Source: Trichoplax adhaerens (taxonomy: Eukaryota > Animalia > Placozoa). Taken from it: a stretch of DNA of 64,000 nt. The stretch is from positions 542,786-606,785 of the forward strand of contig NW_002060949.1 of assembly GCF_000150275.1 (NCBI RefSeq). Direction: 5' to 3'. The notes below the pieces were generated by a model, which was given only the letters and a program-made list of their open reading frames with translations, ran no database searches and was not told the origin of the DNA. Below are positions 58,142 to 64,000 of this stretch, piece by piece. How positions within the stretch are numbered: position 1 is the first letter of the stretch; every line of letters starts with the position of its first letter. The position numbers and the translations under genes are program-made.

Positions 58142-61100
58142 ATGAGCAACAGTAAGCCAGGAAGCAGCTGCTATTGTGGTGAAGAGATCTCGTTGGAGCG
58201 TGCTCATCAGTAAATACGCCTAAATTAATAATGATTGTGTTGGCTTTTATAGGATTAGCCTTGTAATCATTTGTAGGCTATGTATACTATTCGTCTTGCA
58301 TACTCTGATGATGTATAGGTATACAGGATATGTTATACACTACGTTAGTAGCTAAAAATATTATTTATCTTCATCATTTTTGTAGGAATAGCTTAAGATG
58401 TAAAGTATGCGTGAGTTGGTTCCATCTCGGTAAGTACTACAGTAAACGTTAGAACTGAAAGCTTGTGTGAACTATACAACTAGGAGTGACATAATTAATC
58501 GAGCTAAAGCTAAAAATTTATTCCGACGTAAGAAATGATAGTTACTGTATCGTACAGATTAAAAATGACTAGTGCTTTACAGAAAAAAAATATCAAATAC
58601 TGAATACTGATAACTCGTAATAGGGTTTATGACGTAACTTTGTAATCAGCCTAATATTCGGTAAAACAATCGGTAAAATAACCGACACATACTGAATACA
58701 CTATTACTCTGCATAAATTGTGCACCTACCACTAACGTTGTGGTTCTGACTCATGGCTCTGATAAATATAATTATCAATTGTAATGGATTTTGAAATTGA
58801 TGATGACAATTTGATCGTGTCTAGCCTGTCTAAAAGATAAACCACCAACGGATTTGGACAACGATATATTTTTTGAGTTGATATGTCGGAATTGTGATCC
58901 TGATGGTGTCGAAAAGTTTATCCGATTGCCTATGAACTGGTATTTATAGTAAAATGTCTCATGCATTGGCTATCTGTAGACTCTATTTATTAATAAATTT
59001 TATATCAGATAAAGTTAACTACGATTATAAATTAAATTCTAGGCTGCAGGTTGTGCATTTAACTGTATATAACTTAAGTCGCGCTGGTAATAGTCGCCAT
59101 GGCTACTTCAGATGGCGCGAAGATATCTGCGGTTTTATTAATAAACATTGGGATACGCTAATGGCTCATAGGTGAGCAGAAATTTTTTCATAGACTAATT
59201 CTGTATCTGTCTATCAAATAAGCGATAGGCTATCCAAATCGATTAATATAATATACAGTATGTGTATCCAAATTATAGAGTAAGACAATTGTTATCATAC
59301 TGTGCTATAAACTAAAAATAAATTAAAGATAGACTTGCTCTTGATTAAAATATTGCTAAATTTTCGAATTTTATTCAGCGTGCATGCCTAATTACATATT
59401 ATGTATAATCGTCATGATTAGAAAACGCACTGCATCGTGGCATAGCACTGTTGCTGGAGTATTATCTCTTAACTGCCCTCAAAAATTTATTTCCGGAACT
59501 CGAGAATTTAATGAGCCAGGATGGTGGACTTTAGCTAATAAAGAACCTCCAACAATTGACGTAGATTCACTTGATGCTATGAGTAAACAATTACTTTTTA
59601 ATACTCTATATTAACTATTCGTGATTATATGGCATAATAGTACGTTAATCTTTGATGCTATTAGTCTATTTTATCAGTTATTCTACCCTTGCTAAGTTTG
59701 ATAATTGCATTAATACAGTATTACAGTTGATTCAAGTTTATTTAAAAAAAGCGATCTACATGCTGTTATGTTAATTCAACAGCCTGCGGTAACTGAGGAG
59801 TTTAGTCTTTCCGGTCAGGAATATTTTCGTGCGATAGTAAATACTGTATAGTCAACTGAAGATTCGATAGTTAACTGCAGGAAATGTTATGATGTACTGT
59901 TGGTAATACAGTAGTATTATTTATGTATTGTATTATTGATTTCTGTGACAGGATGAATAACTGCATTAAATACCACTATATGAATAGTGATTAAAGATTT
60001 TTCCATAATGGAATATTTTTTTGTAAATTTAGGTAATAGCTTACAAAATAAGAAAAGAAGAAATTCAACAGTATCATCGTCTGATGATGGATTAGAATTA
60101 AGACCACGAAAAATAAGAAAAAGTGATCAACTTAATAGCTCAAATAACCTTAATCATCATGCGGATGAAAAAATGGTTAGTATTAATTATAGATATATAG
60201 TAACTACAAATGATCAGTTTACAGTACTGTAAGTTGATAGATTTTTAAAGTGGTAAATAGTAACCATAGTACGTTATATGTGCAATGACTTGAATCCTCG
60301 TGTAGGAGGAGACTGTTGATTTCTCTAATGTTAGCAGTTCGCAAAATGAGAAATGGCTAAACGAACGTGACATCACTGTCGATGGTAAATTCGACTTCTG
60401 TATTGTAATAACAGATTTATACTTAAACGTTTTTTGATTAAATTACATTTATAATCACTTTACGAAGTATGCATATATCGAATTGCCTAAAGTACTGTAC
60501 TTATATAATATTTTAGAAACATTACCTGAAACTATCATGGCTGAAGAAGATCCTGGAACTAATGATGAAAGTAACATTATAAAAATAATTATCGTTACGA
60601 TAATCTTTAGTTAGAAATCAAGGACACATTTCAATTGATATTAATGTTGACTTAATACTGCCAATAGGCAACTCACAAAGAACGAATTCACTGATGTCAA
60701 CAAATACTAGACAGCCTGCTGGAAAAACTGTTAAATCCCAAAATAGTTCTCTTGATATGCGAAAACCAAAGTAATATACGATTTATGTAAAATGATGGAA
60801 TAACCTGAACAACACTTGTCGGTCTTACCAAATACGTTAAGGGTAACTTACTGTAATATTTGTATATGAACAAAGGTTAACTTCACTCAGGCCACATGAA
60901 GAGAGAAAATTATTAAAGTCGTTAAGTATTTACCTACCATTAGTGAAAGAAAATCCGAAACTTTGCAGAATTTATAATAAGTTACTCCTTCGCCAGGTAT
61001 TGTTCAGTCCTAGTGATTAATATCATAATCTTAATCTTATACTTTGTCCCTTTATTTGATTGGCTTTACTTCAACGGTACTATTATTGCAGGTTAAACGT

Positions 61101-62717
61101 GATAAAGGATTACCAGTGTTCGATTTGGACAGTTGCATGCTTAACTATGCCTGTAATGTCAATAGGTGTAGCACAACTGCTGACTGCGACACCATTGTAT
61201 CGGTACGTTATATAACAGTAGAATCAACGTTGTGTGTCGTGAGCAAGAAATAATAAAGAATATTCTGTACGGTCTCTACGATGTGAAGTACAGTTTATAC
61301 ACGCTTGCAGGTGGCAATGTGTTAATAGATCTTATTCTGCAACTAGGTACCAGACGTTAAACCTTTCAGATTAAAACAAAAGCGTAACGGAGGAACGTCT
61401 TGGAATGAGGTTATAGGCGCAGCTGTTTCTTATAAAATGATCTATGAAACTGATTTGAACTGTAACGTAAAACACAACTAGCTACTTTTAATGTAATAAA
61501 TATTCTCCATTACTTTAAATTTACCCCGACATACAGTTAATATCAAATGACCCGTCTATTGGAATATCTTCTACGAATACTGTCAAATCTAATATACTTG
61601 ACAGATTTCAGGTAATCTGATATTCGTTGCTCTTACTGGTATAGTTTTATTTTTATATACCGTACTTGATTATGCATGCAGTGAATTGACTACGACTACG
61701 ACATGTTAAATGATGGGTAGATCGCATAACTTGATCTAGATTGAGTTATATTCTATTTATATTTTGAAGGTTAAAAAACATCAAAAAGCTTTTCATCAAG
61801 TAAAGCCTCAATCTTTTCTTCAATACTTGGTTGGATCGAATTACGAATCTTCTACTCATTCCATTTGTAGTCCATATACCGCTAGGTATACTTCTTTAAA
61901 AGTACAACTTGAAAAGATAAAATTCTTATGTAATCAATCTATCCTTTCTCAAGGGTACTGAAGCCATTTATATGGAGAGATTACTCCTCAACTCCTCTGA
62001 AGCTCCAATTATTACAAGAAATAACTTCCTATCATCATAAAAGGTAACAAACATCAGCATGCTAGTGAATTTTCTTTTTCCCTAACTCCTACACGATCTG
62101 ACTTAATAACTTAGTAGCTACTTTAGAAAATGCTATTAACTTTAGTTAATGCCTAAAATTGATTTATTGATTTATACTTGCAATATAGGAATCAAGATCA
62201 AAATTCTTCCGATTCCAATAGTATTTTTACTCCTGCTCCCATTGATTACTGTTATGTTAGACCTCATCATATTCCGATTGTGAATAGTTTGTGTCGAGAA
62301 TTTTTTTGGCCTGGAATAGATTGTACGTCAATGGCTTACGTATAATAATTGTAATTTTAAGATTGAGAATCAGAAATGAGTATCGAAATGAATACACAGC
62401 ATCTCATTACGTCTTTCGTATTTCGGCAGTGTCAGAATGTTTAGAGTATCCGGATTTTAGTGTTGTAGCTCTTTATCGGTAAATATAAATAAACTATTTT
62501 CAGTAGAACAATTGTATACTATGTTCGTATTACATTATTTTTGATAAAATATTACAGGGACCTTCGATTTTCTTTTGCTTTTAGGAGGCTTATTGTAGGC
62601 TTTGCATTTATGACACCGGATGTGAAATATCATGAAGCTTACGTCTCATTTATTTTCGTGCATCCCGATTGGCGAAGAGCTGGTATTGCAACATTTATGT
62701 TGTACCACCTGGTTCAG
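58142..62717 (+). CDS. KAT14: Lysine acetyltransferase KAT14 / CSRP2BP (ATAC2), 3'-incomplete
   Basis: WLQVVHLTVYNL..GYFRWREDICGFINKHW..STVAGVLS..EPGWW matches the CSRP2BP winged-helix region. The GNAT domain reads PIDYCYVRPHHIP.VNSLCREFFWPGIDLSECLEYPDFSVVALYR..EAYVSFIFVHPDWRRAGIATFMLYHLVQ. The terminal exon is not visible before the N gap. Confidence 0.94.
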
Positions 62718-62889
62718 GTTGGTATAGGAGCGTACGTTATTGTGATATTTAAGGATCCTGGCATGATCGCTTTAATATGAGTTTTGATATTGCATAATAT
62801 GGTATAACAAATCATGATTAAAATTAGCCCTCCACGTTTATTGATTTTTCTCAAAGTAGCAGTTTTACATGTATTGAAATATATACATC

Positions 62890-62939
62890 NNNNNNNNNNN
62901 NNNNNNNNNNNNNNNNNNNNNNNNNNNNNNNNNNNNNNN
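62890..62939. other. Assembly gap (50 N)
   Basis: Run of N. Confidence 0.99.
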
Positions 62940-63106
62940 TTTACAAAGGTTAAATCCGTATTTTTGCTTAAGAGACAGCAATATAATAAAATATTCAGTT
63001 AAATCGAGCTCATATCTAATCGAGATACAATGATTCGCATTACGGTAGCTTATTACGTCTGCTCTCACTGGCACTGTCACAAAAGCTCAAGTTACTAGAG
63101 CATAAG

Positions 63107-63139
63107 CAGGGACTACTAAAGAGAAATTAGTAGTTCCTG
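63107..63139. repeat. 13-bp inverted repeat (hairpin)
   Basis: CAGGGACTACTAA-AGAGAAA-TTAGTAGTTCCTG, with one G-U pair on the + strand. Confidence 0.7.
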
Positions 63140-63644
63140 GTCTAACTTTCGTTGCTCTCGGTTAAAAAATTTAATTTATTATAATTATTATTGGGATGCA
63201 AAATGCTGTGCCAATAGCAAATCAAAAAATTTGAACTCTCTACCCTTATGTTTGCATAATCGCATCAATAGTACATATGTAGTGTCTGGTCCTTCTAAAA
63301 ATAATATAATGAAATAAATTAGATTTTTCTGCTACGAGAGCCAGCTTAATCAAAAGGGAACGGGTAATAAGAATTGAGTCTAAGATAGCACATCGTAACC
63401 TTAGCCCGTAGGTAGAGCTGCAGGCTACGCTCTACGTGTTTTAGTGATGATACAGTAGCAATATCAAGTTCAGCTCAATACAGCAAAATGAAAAAAAAAG
63501 TGTTACGGTTAATAATAAAGTCTCCATGGCCTAACCATTATAATTTATATATATATTATAATTTATACTATGTTTTACTGCAATCAAGAAATTTAAATTT
63601 CAGAACATCATCATGGTGCTGAGCTGAGCGTAATTTTGTACGGT

Positions 63645-63995
63645 AAAATACAGTAGAGACCCCTAGAATGTACTGTACTGTACAGTACTGTACACTGTAT
63701 GGTACAGCATGCATACCGAAAACATACTGTACAGCACAGTAATCACACTTGGTCCGTTGTAGAATGTGGAGTACAGTACCGTAATTATGGACATACTGTA
63801 CTGTACAGTGTACAGTACAGTATGTATCGTTTATGGTGAACTGTACAGTACTGTACTGTACAGTAAAGTTACTGAATTGCTTTACTCTTTTTTTACTACA
63901 GTACAGTATGTTTTGTTACGGTACTAAAATTTCAGAAGGTTTGTACTGTACCGTAGTGTACAGTACTGTACAGTACGAGCACTGAGTATTTACTG
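63645..63995. promoter_or_regulatory. TACAGTA/TACTGTA island E; predicted promoter near the right edge
   Basis: GTACTGTACTGTACAGTACTGTACACTGTA and CTGTACAGTACTGTACTGTACAG, with the same grammar as islands A-D. No downstream gene is visible in the window. Confidence 0.65.
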
Positions 63996-64000
63996 TTCAG

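Noticed and set aside
61885-61952. KAT14 intron with donor GTATACTT as U12-type
   Set aside because: It mismatches the key +5 C and has no proper TCCTTAAC branch site; treated as U2.
62865-63080. Minus-strand ORF containing QKYGF, resembling the GNAT LYQKFGF motif
   Set aside because: It is on the wrong strand for KAT14, spans the N gap and lacks the surrounding conserved residues.

Overview
This is AT-rich, intron-dense animal genomic DNA, not prokaryotic. The compact genes with short introns, the gene set and the DEG/ENaC gene suggest an early-branching metazoan, most likely the placozoan Trichoplax (inference). Manual GT-AG splicing gives eight multi-exon genes: a DEG/ENaC channel (-, runs off the left end), NIPBL (-), cytosolic HMG-CoA synthase (+), MYSM1 (-), importin-13 (-), ARMH1 (+), an uncharacterised N-terminal LRR/LRRcap protein (-) and KAT14/CSRP2BP (+, last exon probably lost in an assembly gap). 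The main unexplained signal is five 0.3-1.1 kb islands built from TACAGTA/TACTGTA words in both orientations, forming nested palindromes around GTAC. Four of them sit at gene 5' ends: three divergent promoters and one tandem promoter. The fifth, at the window edge, predicts another promoter. They look like a genome-specific promoter-island code. Other findings are a U12-type intron in ARMH1, RFX X-boxes upstream of ARMH1 and the LRR gene, SRE-like sites at HMGCS, a uORF overlapping the NIPBL start codon and an intact PHD finger in KAT14. Exon structures were read by eye and no database search was run.
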